NCBI RefSeq assembly: GCF_006345805.1
Contig: NC_042998.1
Coordinates: 201,810,001 to 201,874,000, forward strand
DNA: 64,000 nucleotides
DNA from: Octopus sinensis
Taxonomy: Eukaryota
Reading direction: 5' to 3'
Shown: positions 39,952 through 52,546 of the stretch, one piece after another
Layout: every line of letters starts with the position of its first letter
Position numbering within the stretch: position 1 is the stretch's first letter
Program-made: the position numbers and the translations under genes
Notes under the pieces: generated by a model
Told to the model about the DNA's origin: nothing
Seen by the model: only the letters and a program-made list of their open reading frames with translations
Database searches by the model: none

Positions 39952-40967
39952 AGTACTCTGAAGGAGCAAGGTCGGGAGAATAAGGTGGATGAGGAATTTT
40001 TTTTCAATCAAGCACTTCGATCTGCTGTTATGTGATCTTTGCAATGTGAAGCTGCGCATGGTTCTGATGAAACATCACTACTTTTCGATTCACTTAAACG
40101 GGGTCTTTTTTTCTTCAAAGCCTGGTTTGCTGACAGTAGACTAGAGCATTGATTGTTGCATTAGGTGGTAACAATTCAAAGTGAACTACTCCTTTGCAAT
40201 TCCCCCAGATAGAGAGAAGAAACTTTTCCCCATGAAGTACGCTTCTCGTTTGTGGTTGAGCTTTTTTCCTTTTTCCCCAAGTCACTGTTTATGACGTTCC
40301 ACATTTCGATAAAAGTTCCATTTTTCGTCATCAGTCACAGGTCTATCCAAAAGGGGTGAAATGAGCTTGCGAAAATGGACAGAAGAGCAGATGTCAACTC
40401 GAGATTTTCGGTTGCTTTCGGACAATTTATGATGCATCCAGTTTCCAAGTTTAGGAATCTTTCCAAGTTGAAGATGACAATGAACAGTTGTATGAGTTAA
40501 ACTAAAATTTATGGCCAATTCTTCAACTGATAATGCAGGATTTATTTCAAGTAATGCCTCGAGTAGCTTATCATCAAACACAACTGAACGTCCTGTTCGA
40601 GCTTCATCTTCAAGTTTGAAATCTCCACTTCTGTATTTTGCAAACCATCTTCTGCAAGTTCTTTCATTCAAGCATTCTTTCCCATAAACTGAGTGTACGT
40701 TCCGAGTCTCTTCGCCTACAGAGTTTCGTTGTTTGCATTCAAAAGCCATTATGTGCTTCAAATGCTTTTTGGATACTTCCATTTTAGAAAGGATTTTAAT
40801 CAAAGAAACTTTAATTTTATTATTCTGTAAAATAGTATGTAATTAGTTTAAATGTACAGAAATGCATGAAAATAATTTTTAATCTCATTAATCTTTCTAA
40901 AATACTATTAAATTTCATTCAATTTAAAAAAAAGGTAAAATCAGACGGAACCTATGGGATGACCTGA
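39951..40967 (-). mobile_element. Degraded mariner (Hsmar1/SETMAR-like), 3' end lost
   Basis: ORF 40282..40803 (RTCRRWFAKYRSGDFKLEDEARTGR, VTDDEKW), then IWGNCKGVVHFELLP and PHPPYSPDLAPSEY. TIR TA|TCAGGTCATCCCATAGGTTCCG at 40967. Confidence 0.93.
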
Positions 40968-40989
40968 TACATCACCTTCATTATTTATT

Positions 40990-41379
40990 TCACCGTTATT
41001 CTGAGGACCTCTTCCACTCGAGTCGGCAGCACGTGCACTAGAATACAGTTCCATCCTGGCACGGTAACAGAGATGGGAATTAAAACTCTCAACCTCCCTA
41101 CACTCCACACCTTGCCCTCAGTTATTTCCTGTTTTTCTCTCTACTGAAGTCGAGCATCAGAAGCAGTCGCCTTGAAGACATTGAAAACATGTACGAGTCT
41201 TTTACAAGGGTCCTGTACCCCTTTTTTTAGAAGGACTTGCATGAAGCCTTCATACTAGCTGAAGAGCTATAAGTGTATTGACGTCAGTGGGTCTTTGAAG
41301 GAGAAAGAAGATTACTACGTCTTTGAAATTAATAAGTATTTTCATTGACAGAGTCTCACAACTTCTGATACGCACCTCA
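40990..41379 (+). mobile_element. Mariner 3' fragment
   Basis: TEMGIKTL..RLEDIENM..YKCIDVSG.FEG; same family as 63630-64000. Confidence 0.6.
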
Positions 41380-43092
41380 CAACTGGTAAAGAAACTTAAT
41401 TTCACAGAATTGTTTTACCATCAGAAGTTTGGGGTCGAATGGTTCGATTCTTTAGACAAAAGTTTTAGGGGAAGTCGTTGCAAATTAAATAGACCGTCAG
41501 GCCAACTTTCCACTCCGCTATTTCGATGGCAAAAGAAAATACCTGTGGAGTTTCCGCTTTGATTTATTAATCCAGTTATTTGGGGATATACATTAAATTA
41601 TAATACATGACAGATTAAATTATTGTATTTGCTGGTTGCATTTCTACGCCAAGCTCCATCACCCTGGAAATGGTTCCATAGCGAAATGAAAGCAACATAG
41701 TACCAATATGAAACCCTAGTTACCCATATGTATTCTCTATACGCTTGCTGGAAAATAAGTTATACACTAAAAAATGTTTTCTATAAAGGTAAGATGATAA
41801 TTTCTGACAATACATTATTATCTGCCGGCTATTAATCATAGACAAATTTCAATCAAAATTTCAATTTCCTCAAGTCAAGCTTACCACGAATGAATTGAAT
41901 GAATAACTCATGAAACTCGTCCAATCTCTAAATTAACGTTTACACTTGCTTATCTAATGTTTTCATTTGCAATTTATGAAATAACTACGGAATATATTTT
42001 TTAAATTTCAATTTTAATAGCAAATGATAGTAAACTTTTTTGTTTTAAATAAGGTAAACTCTAAAATTGAAACTAACAGACACATATGCGCACTTACGTA
42101 TATATGCCTGTGTAATAATAAAGTTTATCGATTTGTTTCATATCTGTTTTCTTTACTCTAAGCAATATCATTCTCTGACGAAATCACAAATTACAGGCAA
42201 ATATAGCAATTATATAGGGATCAAAATTCAAGTACCAGGATAGTAGTAAGCTCAGTAGGGCTAGAATAACAGAATGACATACATTAGTTAAAATATGATT
42301 CCAGCCAATTGGGAAGCCAGATCCATTAATTGTCGGACCCAATTTTATGCTCTTGAGGGATGGATAAATGCTGTATGGGCTTAAATCACTTAAAAATAGT
42401 AGTGATTCACGCAGCGTATATGTAAATAAGGTCACTTGTGTATGTGTGTGTGAGTTTGTGTGTATGTATGTGTGTATGTATTTTGCATGTGTTTAGTATT
42501 ACAAAACAAAAACTTGTTCAATATAAATAAATACTAGATGAGAGAAGATAATTTCTTTGAAGCCTAAGTGTGATTTAATTGAATCCTAAGACCGTCCCTG
42601 AAGACCCCTAATTGCTTCTGGTCCCATCACATGAAAGTCAACTCTGCTTTTTATGTTTCTAACGTCGCAAAATAAAGTTCTGGGAAGAGTTAATAAAATT
42701 TGATGGCATTGTCCCTATATTTAAAAGAAAACATTCTTAGATGTATAACGACTACATATCCCAAATTGAGGTTTCATTCAGTTTATCAATATCAAGCTAA
42801 ACTAGGAAAGGACTCAAGACGTTGCTTTTATGATCCAACATATTGGAAGGGAACTCTTTGATTTTCAAAAGGAACAATTTGAACATGCCTTCAAAGTGGA
42901 ATTTCTTGTTTTGTGTATCCTTTGGAATTTCAAATATGCGTTCCTGATGGATGAGCGATGCCGCGAAAAAGTTATGTACAAATGAAACTGCTTCTATCTT
43001 ACGACTGCGTTCGCCACCACTAGCATCTGTAAACCTCCATAACGGAGACTATCAACAAGACAACTGGCATATGATCATACCTACAATTGAAG

Positions 43093-43174
<82 letters not shown>

Positions 43175-43458
43175 TGTGAAATAGAAAGATGAATAATCTT
43201 GTTGCAGATTAATCAAAAGTTTAACCGATACCTTGGTAGCAAAAATCACAGCAGAAGACAGCACGGTTGGAGGTACAACCATATGGTGTTGCAACCGTGC
43301 GTTGGTGCGGATTATTGAATTTTAATATTATTAGTGAATTGAAGAAATGGAGTTGAACGAAGATTGAACAGAAGTCGTTTTATTGCATTCTACACGTGTA
43401 GAATGCAATAAAACGATTTCTGTTCAATCTTCGTTCAACTCCATTTCTTCAATTCACT

Positions 43459-43466
<8 letters not shown>
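43175..43466 (-). mobile_element. Penelope-like repeat fragment ending in a 142-bp foldback palindrome (43325-43466)
   Basis: 43175-43399 is the reverse complement of 45698-45921. The palindrome is centred on TACACGTGTA (43391-43400) with one G/T mismatch in 71-bp arms. Confidence 0.85.
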
Positions 43467-43502
<36 letters not shown>

Positions 43503-44393
43503 AAAAAAACACAATGAAGAAATTGACATATAGGCATCAGTTTATTCAAAGACATTCAAATCAATATAATATGAACTTCTTATCCCTACACCCGTTTCCA
43601 TATTCAAGTATTTCTATTAGAGGAAGTAAATTAAATTATTTTTTTTCTATTGAAACTGGTTAATTGGTTCTTTCATCAGGAGAGATGTTCCCAGAAAGGC
43701 AGACTCAGGTGTGAGCGTTTTGGTAATGTATGTATTTTAAAAGAAACATTATGATTATATATATGCATATAAATAAATATGTATGATATAGATGTCCGCA
43801 TGCGTTTCTTATACATAACAGTTTTTATTGGTGGTGGTGTTGCATATAAGGTGAACTAGGTGTTAGAGAGAGAGAGACTGAAACAGGAACTGAGACAGAT
43901 AGGTAGAGAGAGTGTGATGGAGAGGGAGCGGTGATATTCACCATGTAGTTTTTGCATGCGTTCATGAAAATATTGGAAGCCAACAAAGGAATATGACATA
44001 AAAATCTGCTAATTAATCATCATATTATAATATCGCGTCATCCATATTTATGCGCAATAGTTATGGTCAGTAGAACTGTGTAAACAAAAGAAAACTTAAA
44101 CGTTACCAAATACAATTGATAAAAATCTTATATAAAAACTAAAACTACTAATGCCACAACTACTATAAAATCAATAAAATAACAACGATATATTGATGAA
44201 TATATGAAAATAGCTGTAAGGATCAGAATTTCATATGATATTGATCTTAATATCTTTGAATAAATTTATGCCTATATGTCAATTTCTCAATTTTCTTATT
44301 TTTCTCACTAATAAAGTGTTTAGATACCCAAACCGGAAACTAGGATGCAAACATCCCTGAAAGGATTATATGTCCTTTGGCTTGATTATCTGC

Positions 44394-44467
<74 letters not shown>

Positions 44468-44490
44468 GTATATATATATATATATGTATG

Positions 44491-44581
<91 letters not shown>

Positions 44582-44699
44582 TATATATATATATACTACA
44601 TACAATATTTATAATCAAACCAGAAATCTCTGTACATTTCGGAGATAGAGCGACAATGTGAGTCTATTAGTATAATAATAACCATATAATAATATATCA

Positions 44700-44850
44700 A
44701 AATAATTATATATAAGCTCCGATTTAAATTGACAATTATATATAAACGATTGACTGTAAAAAGATGAAGTGACCCCGGACAGATTCGAGCCCACCAATCA
44801 ACGCTAACATGGCTCCTTGCACATCCGAATTGGCCAAACTCTCGCCCATC
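44700..44850 (-). mobile_element. Degenerate tRNA-like repeat (family E)
   Basis: GTGGGCTCGAATC (B-box like), TTTTT, CAGTCAA..TTTAAATCGG; related copies at 45957-46030(-) and 46105-46230(+). Confidence 0.45.
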
Positions 44851-45077
44851 AACATCAACCAAATTTTAGGAATATATATTATAACTATCCAATCCTACAT
44901 ATAATATTTGTAAACAAACCAGTAGGTTTTGTGAATTACAGACATAGATCGTCTATGGAAGTCTATTAGTACAAAAACAATTATATATAATATCAATAAT
45001 ATATATATATATATATATAATATATTATTAGTGAATTGAAGAAATGGAGCTGAACGAAGTTTGAACAGAAGTCGTTT

Positions 45078-45156
45078 TATTTCACTATTCTACACGTGTT
45101 TCGAAAGGCACAATTTACCAAAATCCGTATTGTGTCTTTCTCTTCAGGAAGAAATA
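45078..45156 (-). ncRNA. Type I hammerhead ribozyme (predicted)
   Basis: TATTTCTTC-CTGAAGA-GAAAGACACAAT..ATTGTGCCTTTC-GAAA-CACGTG-TA/GAATAGTGAAATA. Confidence 0.8.
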
Positions 45157-45625
45157 GAAATCCTTTGGAAAAAACAAAACAGAACAGAGGCGGAGCAAAA
45201 CAAATCGAACTAGGCTCCTAAGACCCATGCCAAACGTTTATCGTTTATGTTGAGAACGGGTGGTGGGTGCGTTGAGATTTTACGGTTCGGCAGCGGTCAT
45301 TCCTGTGGGTGAGGGCACGGGGTGTGTAGATTTCTTTGTGACCGAGAGTAAAGTCTGACTATTTAAAGAATATTGGATGTATTCTATGGGGCGAGTAATT
45401 GTGTAGAGCTGTTTAACAACTGACAGCCGCGCGATCAAACGCACACACGTAACAAAAAATGTTTTCTACCCCTTGACGGAGTTCTCAGCAGTGACCAGAA
45501 AATAGCGCTTCTTACCACTTGCGTTCTCAATACACTGATAAACAGTTGGCCATGGGCTCTTAGGAGCCTAGTTCGATTTGTTTTGCTCCGCCTCTGTTCT
45601 GTTTTGTTTTTTCCAACGGATTTCC

Positions 45626-45716
45626 TATTTCTTCCTGAAGAGAAAGACACAATATGGTCTCATTATTCAATCGGATTTGTAAATTGTGCCTTTCGAAACA
45701 CGTGTAGAATGAAATA
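45626..45716 (+). ncRNA. Type I hammerhead ribozyme (predicted)
   Basis: Helix I TATTTCTTC/GAATGAAATA, core CTGAAGA 45635-45641, 12-bp helix II with one mismatch, GAAA 45695-45698, stem III palindrome ACACGTGT, GUA cleavage after 45706. Confidence 0.85.
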
Positions 45717-45924
45717 AAACGACTTCTGTTCAATCTTCGTTCAGCTCCATTTCTTCAATTCACTAATAATATTAAAATTCAATTATCCGCACCAACGCAC
45801 GGTTGCAACACCATATGGTTGTACCTCCAACCGTGCTGTCTTCTGCTGTTGATTTTGCTACCATGGTATCGGTTAAACTTTTGATTAATCTGCTACAAGA
45901 TTATTCATCTTCTATTTCACATAA

Positions 45925-45956
<32 letters not shown>

Positions 45957-45958
<2 letters not shown>

Positions 45959-46230
45959 CGATTTAAAGCGACAGTATATAAATAGTTGACTGAAAAATGT
46001 GAGCTAACCCAGGCCAGAACTGAACCCACAATATCTGTTTACGTATGTTATATATAGTATTGGACAGTTAAAGTTATATTCATAAACTTTGGCTGAATTT
46101 AATGAATGAGCGTTTGGCCCAATCAGATGCACCAGGCGCTAGCCTTGATTTGTGGGATAGATTCTGGCCAGGGTTAGCTCATCATTTTTAAGTAAATTGT
46201 TTATTATAATTGCTTCTTGAAAACGGGGTA
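45957..46230. repeat. Two head-to-head copies of family E forming a ~37-bp inverted repeat
   Basis: AAAATGTGAGCTAACCCAGGCCAGAAC (45994) versus rc of ATTCTGGCCAGGGTTAGCTCATCATTTT (~46160-46188). Confidence 0.6.
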
Positions 46231-46239
46231 TATATATTA

Positions 46240-46272
46240 CTAGCAATGCATCCCGGCGTTTTCCCGGGTGTT
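46240..46272 (-). mobile_element. Helitron 3' terminus (degenerate)
   Basis: A|CTAG CAATGCAT CCCGGCGTTTTCCCGGG; 5' end not located. Confidence 0.55.
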
Positions 46273-46789
46273 ATGACATATAGCCATAATGTACTATTTG
46301 TTCCTTTCTTATGAGCAGAATCATCACAACTGATATATAATGAACTAGATTTCTGGCTTAATGGAAGATATTGTTTGTTTGAAAGTGATGGGGGAAGGTA
46401 CAGTTTGCATGGGCTTGCATGAAATTACTTTCTGTTTTTAAGAATGATCATAAAATATGTATTGTTTCATCGTTAAAAGGGCGTTAATAGGATTTTTTCC
46501 AGAAATCAAGTTTTCTAAATTTTAGTTTCTCCTGTCCTGTTTTAAATTTATAACTCTTATACTATTTTTTTTTTCATGCATGTAGAAATTGGAGGAGAAG
46601 AGAAAGTGAAACCACTACATTTGCTTTGAAGACAGACCAGAAAATGAAAGAGAGGAGAAACTAAAATATTATGTAGTGTGTGTGTGTCTGTGTTCGAGTG
46701 AGCGTGTTAAAGAGTGAACGAGTAAGTGAGAGAATGTGTGCGTTGTCATGTACGTGTAAGTCGCACTCACTCAGTCTCTCCCTGTGTCT

Positions 46790-46821
<32 letters not shown>

Positions 46822-47486
46822 TCTTTCATATACACATGCATAACTACTTATGCATACATCGTTTTGTGTATATGTATGCGGGTTCATGTGAAAGAGGGAA
46901 TGGGTGATCTCATAAGAATAGAAAAATGGATGTCTTCTTAAGGCAGACACTCATATAGAAAATGTGATGCCATCGTCGTCGTCGACGTTGTGGTATAACA
47001 TATTTACGATAGTTGCCTTATAGAAAAGATTACGTTAAATTTTGGTCATGCAAAAATATATGCACATTCATCGATGTGTTGACTGAGATATATCTGGCGA
47101 TATTATGGGGAGAAAGGTTGTTGTCTGTGAACCGTACATCTCTATCGGATCGAAATCCTGTTCAACAAATATAATTTCGATGGCAGGCCGAGCATCTAAT
47201 TACGTAAATGAAGTTTTGAGAGGTGCAAGTGAAGTTATATTACATTTTGAATATTGGTTCTTCTCTGAAAGGGAATTCTGATCCTTACAACAGATTGGGA
47301 CGTGTTCCGCAATTAGGGCGAGCACAATTTAGAACTCTGGAGTCCGTTGTTCTAGGGACGAGTTGGACATTGGTGAGAATTTTTTCTCAATTACTTAGTC
47401 TCTTTGCTTCTCTTAATGATTTTAGTGTTATGTAGAACCTCCTTGAGTTTGGGGTTCGTTTTTGGAGCACACACAATACCTGTAGA

Positions 47487-47700
47487 GGTGCACAATACCT
47501 GTGGCCGTGTGGTAAGAAGCTAGCTTCACAATCATATGGTTTAGGGCGGAGTCCAAATGCGTGGCAACAACTTGGGCAAATGTCTTCTACTATAGCCGCG
47601 GGACAACCAAAGACTTGTGAGTGGATTTGGTAGACGGGAAATGAAACAATTCAGTCGTGTATATATATATATATAGATAGATAGATAGATAGATAGATAT

Positions 47701-47751
<51 letters not shown>

Positions 47752-48002
47752 TGTGTGAGTGTGTGTTTGTGTCCGTATTTGTGAGTGTGTGTGTGCGTGA
47801 GTGTGTGTGCCTGTGTTTTTACCGCCACTATCGCTTGTCAACCGATACCACTCTGTGGTTCAGCAAAGCAGACTGATAGAATAAGTATTAGGCTTCTAAA
47901 TAACAAGTCCTGGGGTGGATTTCTTCGACTAAAACCTTGTAAGGCGGTACTCCAGCATGGATGCAGTCAAATGACTGAAACAAAATAAAAGAATAAAAGA
48001 AT
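47487..48002 (+). mobile_element. SINE family B with expanded internal (ATAG)n/(TG)n
   Basis: GTGTGGTAAGAAGC..TTGGGCAAATGTCTT..GTGAGTGGATTTGGTAGACGG ... CAAATGACTGAAACAAAATAAAAGAATAAAAG. Confidence 0.85.
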
Positions 48003-48064
48003 ATATATATACATGTATGTGTGCATGCATATATATACACTCTCTCTCACGCGTACACACACAC

Positions 48065-48095
<31 letters not shown>

Positions 48096-48125
48096 CGCAC
48101 GTGCACGCACACACCCACATATATA

Positions 48126-48490
48126 GGTGCAGGCGTGGCTGTGTGGTACGAACCTTGCTTCCTAACCACCTGGTTTTGAGTTCAGTCTGAATGCGTTGCA
48201 CCTTGGACAAGTGTCTTATACTGTAGCCTCAGGTCGATCAGTGCATTTTGAGTGGATTGGATAGAGGGAAACTGAAAGAAGCCTGATTTATGTATACATC
48301 TTTGTGCGTGTGTGATTGTCTTCCCATCACTGGTAATCCCCCTGTAATCAAACGTTTGGGCAAAAAATCTGATAGTAATAGTACTATGAGTAAAAATATG
48401 TCCAGGGTGTCGATTTGTCCGACTAACATCATTTAAGGTGGTGCCCCAGCATGGCCCCAGTCAAATGACTGAAACAAAGAAAAGAATAAA
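48126..48490 (+). mobile_element. SINE family B, diverged
   Basis: GGTGCAGGCGTGGCTGTGTGG..CCTTGGACAAGTGTCTT..CAAATGACTGAAAC. Confidence 0.85.
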
Positions 48491-49521
48491 ATAATTTATA
48501 TATATGAATCCATGTATGTGTGTGTATTTTTGTGAAAAACTTTCTCTGTTCAATTTGTTCTGTATTAGATTGCCTCTCTGGGTCATATCTCTCCATATAT
48601 ATTCCTTCCGCTTTCCCAAATACTATCTTTACTGTTGGTCGTATTATGGTTTATCGTCAATAGGTTTTTGGCTTCATGAAAGTTTTCGATCCTTGTTTTT
48701 TTCATTGCATTTCTTTTATTTTCGAAATCTATGTTTACTACATGTAAGTATAAAGCGAGAATTCTTGTTAAGCGTGACTTCATACAGATTGCTGATGACA
48801 TGTACACAGCTTTTCAAATCGTATGTAAATGAGGATAATCAAAACTGAAGGATCTCACACCTTATTAACGTCAAAGACTAACCTACTTGAATATCAATAC
48901 AGACAGGTAAATACATTTTCTTCTGTATTTAATTGTTCCTGAGATAAGCTTACAACATTTTTACAGTAATTTACAGCAGTTAAGAATTTAAAACCAATAA
49001 ATTTTACGTAGTTTAACTTTAAGTAAATCACTCCTGTTTTTTTATCGCTTAACTTTCTGGGACTAAAAACACAAAGCTACAGTAGTATAAGTACGTACTG
49101 ATTGAATTGTTCCTGCTTTAACAGATGCCATTTTGTTGTAATTTGCGAAGATTTGGTTACTGCTTTTGTTTTAAAAATCAATATATTCGCTTTTCACTCC
49201 CGGAGAAGTGAGTTACGTATGGGATATTATTGACTTTATTGCCTCGACCGAAGACCATGTAACTTCAGAGTTGGAATGAACAGAATCGTGTTAACTGTGT
49301 GTATTAATGGCGTGTGCCCGTAGATTATCAGGTTCCATCTCACTGTGTGTCGTATTCTATGAATGAATTTTTTTCTGTGGTTTCACATCCACCAAATTCT
49401 TATTAGAGTATCAAATCTACTGAAACCAAATGAAAACGTTCATACCAGTGAAAGTGGTAAGTTTGATATTGCCATCTAAAGTTTTTCAATGAAATTACCC
49501 ACACTACAATTGAATAATACA

Positions 49522-49914
49522 TCTTTATATATAAAAGTCAAGTTGTGTGTCTGTCTCCTACGATTTAGATTCCTAACTACTCCCACATTTTGCGGTGCAG
49601 TTTAAGCAAAACCGGGTATCTTATAGTCGTGATTCATATCGAGCCCTCCTGGGTATTAGCGCGCGTCTACGATGAGTCTACGATTTAAAAAAAAATGACC
49701 TTAATTTTTTTCCATTTTAATACATTTTGTCGCTATTATATAAGGGAAGTAACTCTCTAAAAATGTCTACAATGCGTCAACGATTTAAAAAAATTACCAT
49801 CATTTTTTTTCCATTTTTAATGCATTTTTTTGCTATTTTATGGCTATAACTCTCTAAAATGCTTATATAGTTATTTCCCTTACAAACTCGAGCAACGCCG
49901 GGCGATACTGCTAG
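49522..49914 (+). mobile_element. Non-autonomous Helitron
   Basis: A|TCTTTATATATAAAAG ... CTCGAGCAACGCCGGGCGATACTGCTAG|T; closely similar to 20535-20930. Confidence 0.9.
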
Positions 49915-50014
49915 TTTTAAATAATAAAGGAATACATTTGACTCAACTATTCAAACTTCGGTGTATCGCAGTCTTGTCTCTTGTTCAATGTTCCTTTTTT
50001 TTAATACAACAATA

Positions 50015-50368
50015 ATTAAAGCAAGGGCAGAGCGCAAATCTCCGCCAAGGCAACACCAACGTCCTCTCAACGATTAGCCACAGGTGACTTTTAAAAAGAG
50101 AACATCTGAAATAAATTCGACTGCTCTCTCAAACGAGAATACTAAAAATGAACCCACCGCTCTCAAAAATTTTGGAAAAAAAAATAGGAAAATTATTCCA
50201 GAATTCTTATCTGGTACTGGATTATCCCTAAATCTAATCAGTTTGTGCCAGTCATGAGGTCAAATATCCGAATCCATCTAACGGTTCTTGAGATATCTTG
50301 TCCACGGACAAACAAAAGCACAAACACAATTGACAAGAATAACACTACCTTCGCTAAGGCGGAGTAAT
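50015..50368 (-). mobile_element. Helentron-associated (HINE/DINE-1-like) non-autonomous element
   Basis: Subterminal inverted CTCCGCC motifs (50040 and 50358-50364), CCTT-CGCT-AAGG stem-loop, GTTTGTCC microsatellite-like core. Confidence 0.55.
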
Positions 50369-52066
50369 TAAGATGCTGCGATCGACACTGTAACATTCAC
50401 GATATAATGATAGTGAAGATGCAACACATAACAGGTGAACAGATATTACCTTTGTATTTGATGGACTCTTAATATTGTCTGCTCAGAAAACGACCGAGGC
50501 AAATTTCAATGCACAAATGGCTAAAGCATTCTAGTCAACCATCTTTTGTTTATAAAAAGCATATTAAGTCTTGAGACTAGGACGTGTTACGTTTGTAGTA
50601 AATCATCAAACTTTCAATCAAATCATTGAACTGATCTAGTATGAATTTGTTAATTATATCCCGGTTTCGATCAATTAACTGGATATATTCATTAACAGTG
50701 CTTTAGTAAAAACTATTCAAACGTCGCCTTTGGCTTTCTAAGTCGCGTGAGATTTAAATTAAACCTATTTGCTATTTCCCGAAGATAAAGATAGCGCAGA
50801 AATACTGAGTAGTTTGAGACATAAAGAAACCTTGAAAAAGGCAACAGCTTGCATTTGTCCAACACTGAGTAAATGTGAAATTTGTTCTATAACTAAAATA
50901 AATGTATATATCACTTCGATCCTTGTATCAAGCCATTCTTAATATGGAAGGTATATGGAAAAAGGTGTTGCCTAAAATAAGTTATGTTCAACATGCTTTC
51001 ATAAAAGTTTCGAAAATAGTAGTTACGGAATGATATACACATTTATTTTTGATTATATATTTTGAAATCTATTTATTAAATATCTTCAGAAAATATTATC
51101 TATATTTTATATAGCGTTACTAATATAGTATAAACTCTAGAATATTTTAAGTCGGTGCATGTATAGCAATGCATATTCAGAATAATAAGCTCTGTTTCAA
51201 TTAAGATGGTGTACGGATTGCAGACTGCTTTAAACGAATATAATTGATGATAATGTTGCCTGATTTAATTGGAACTTACCAAGACATTGACTGATTATCA
51301 CTGAATGACCCAAGATGATGCATATCATGTACCCATTTAAAGATGTACTACATGATCAATAATTTACCCCTGATGTATATCGAACGATGTACATATCCTA
51401 ATGATTAGAAATTGTATAATATGTTAATTGTGAAGTCTACGTGATGTAAAAGTTTTCTTAGTCCTCGACGGAATGTAAGCCAAAGCTAACATATTTTTCT
51501 TAGTCTCCGTTATTTTTCTTAGTCTCCATATAGGCATATATCTATATCTAGTTACATATGCGTGTGAGTGTGTATGTTCATGTGTATGTGTATATATGTA
51601 AGTACATATCCATAATTATATAATGCTATATATATAAATCAGAAATTCAAAAACAAAACAATGAATTGAACAATTATAAATTCAAATCAATCTAATTATT
51701 TTACTCGAACAAATGACACATCTCATAAATTACATATATCTCCACTTCATTATTAATAAAACGAAGTTTTTCAAGAATAAGCATCCGTTTAATTATATAA
51801 TGATGCTTCATCAGATTAACATAGATTCTTACGTATTTGACGAAAAATAATTATAAGTTGTAAATCTTTACAAAGGCGCTGCATGAACGAGCTTTAACAT
51901 AATTAAGTACATAATCTAACAGAAATTTTTGAAATTCATAACTTTAAATCTGTAACTATTCAGTTCTATAACCGGTTTACGTATACGCATATTGATATAT
52001 ACTTATATATACACACGTACATACACATCATATAACTTCGGGTATTTAATATCCCTTATGTCAATA

Positions 52067-52113
<47 letters not shown>

Positions 52114-52184
52114 CAATCAATCAATCAATATATATATGTATATATATATATACATATATATATATATAATATATATATATATAC

Positions 52185-52217
<33 letters not shown>

Positions 52218-52247
52218 CATGTATATATATATATATACATATATACA

Positions 52248-52281
<34 letters not shown>

Positions 52282-52468
52282 CATATATATATATATACAT
52301 GTATATATATATATATATATACATATATACATGTATATATATATATATACATAATATATATAGAAATTCAGGGTGAGTACTTGATAATTGTAAGCACCTG
52401 TATATACCGTTTGGTGGTGTAGGTGGTGGAGTAAATTAATCAAAATAAAACCTGATGCCAAGGATTCA

Positions 52469-52546
52469 GCGGTACATATGTTTCGGGCCTTTATTAGACG
52501 GATTTATAACAATGCATAATGTGTGTCTATAGCCTTCTTCAGCCGC
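52469..52546 (-). ncRNA. Type I hammerhead ribozyme (predicted)
   Basis: GCGG-CTGAAGA-AGGCTATAGAC..GTCTAATAAAGGCCC-GAAA-CATATG-TA/CCGC; stem III palindrome ACATATGT. Confidence 0.75.

Larger units (their letters stand above)
45022..45921. mobile_element. Non-coding inverted-repeat Penelope-like/retrozyme-like element with two hammerheads
   Basis: Arms 45022-~45265 and ~45513-45772 are reverse complements; (TA)n on both flanks; no ORF. Confidence 0.8.

Noticed and set aside
51775-51815. Minus-strand CTGATGA followed by an AGCATC/GATGCT hairpin
   Set aside because: GAAA does not follow the helix, so it is not a hammerhead.
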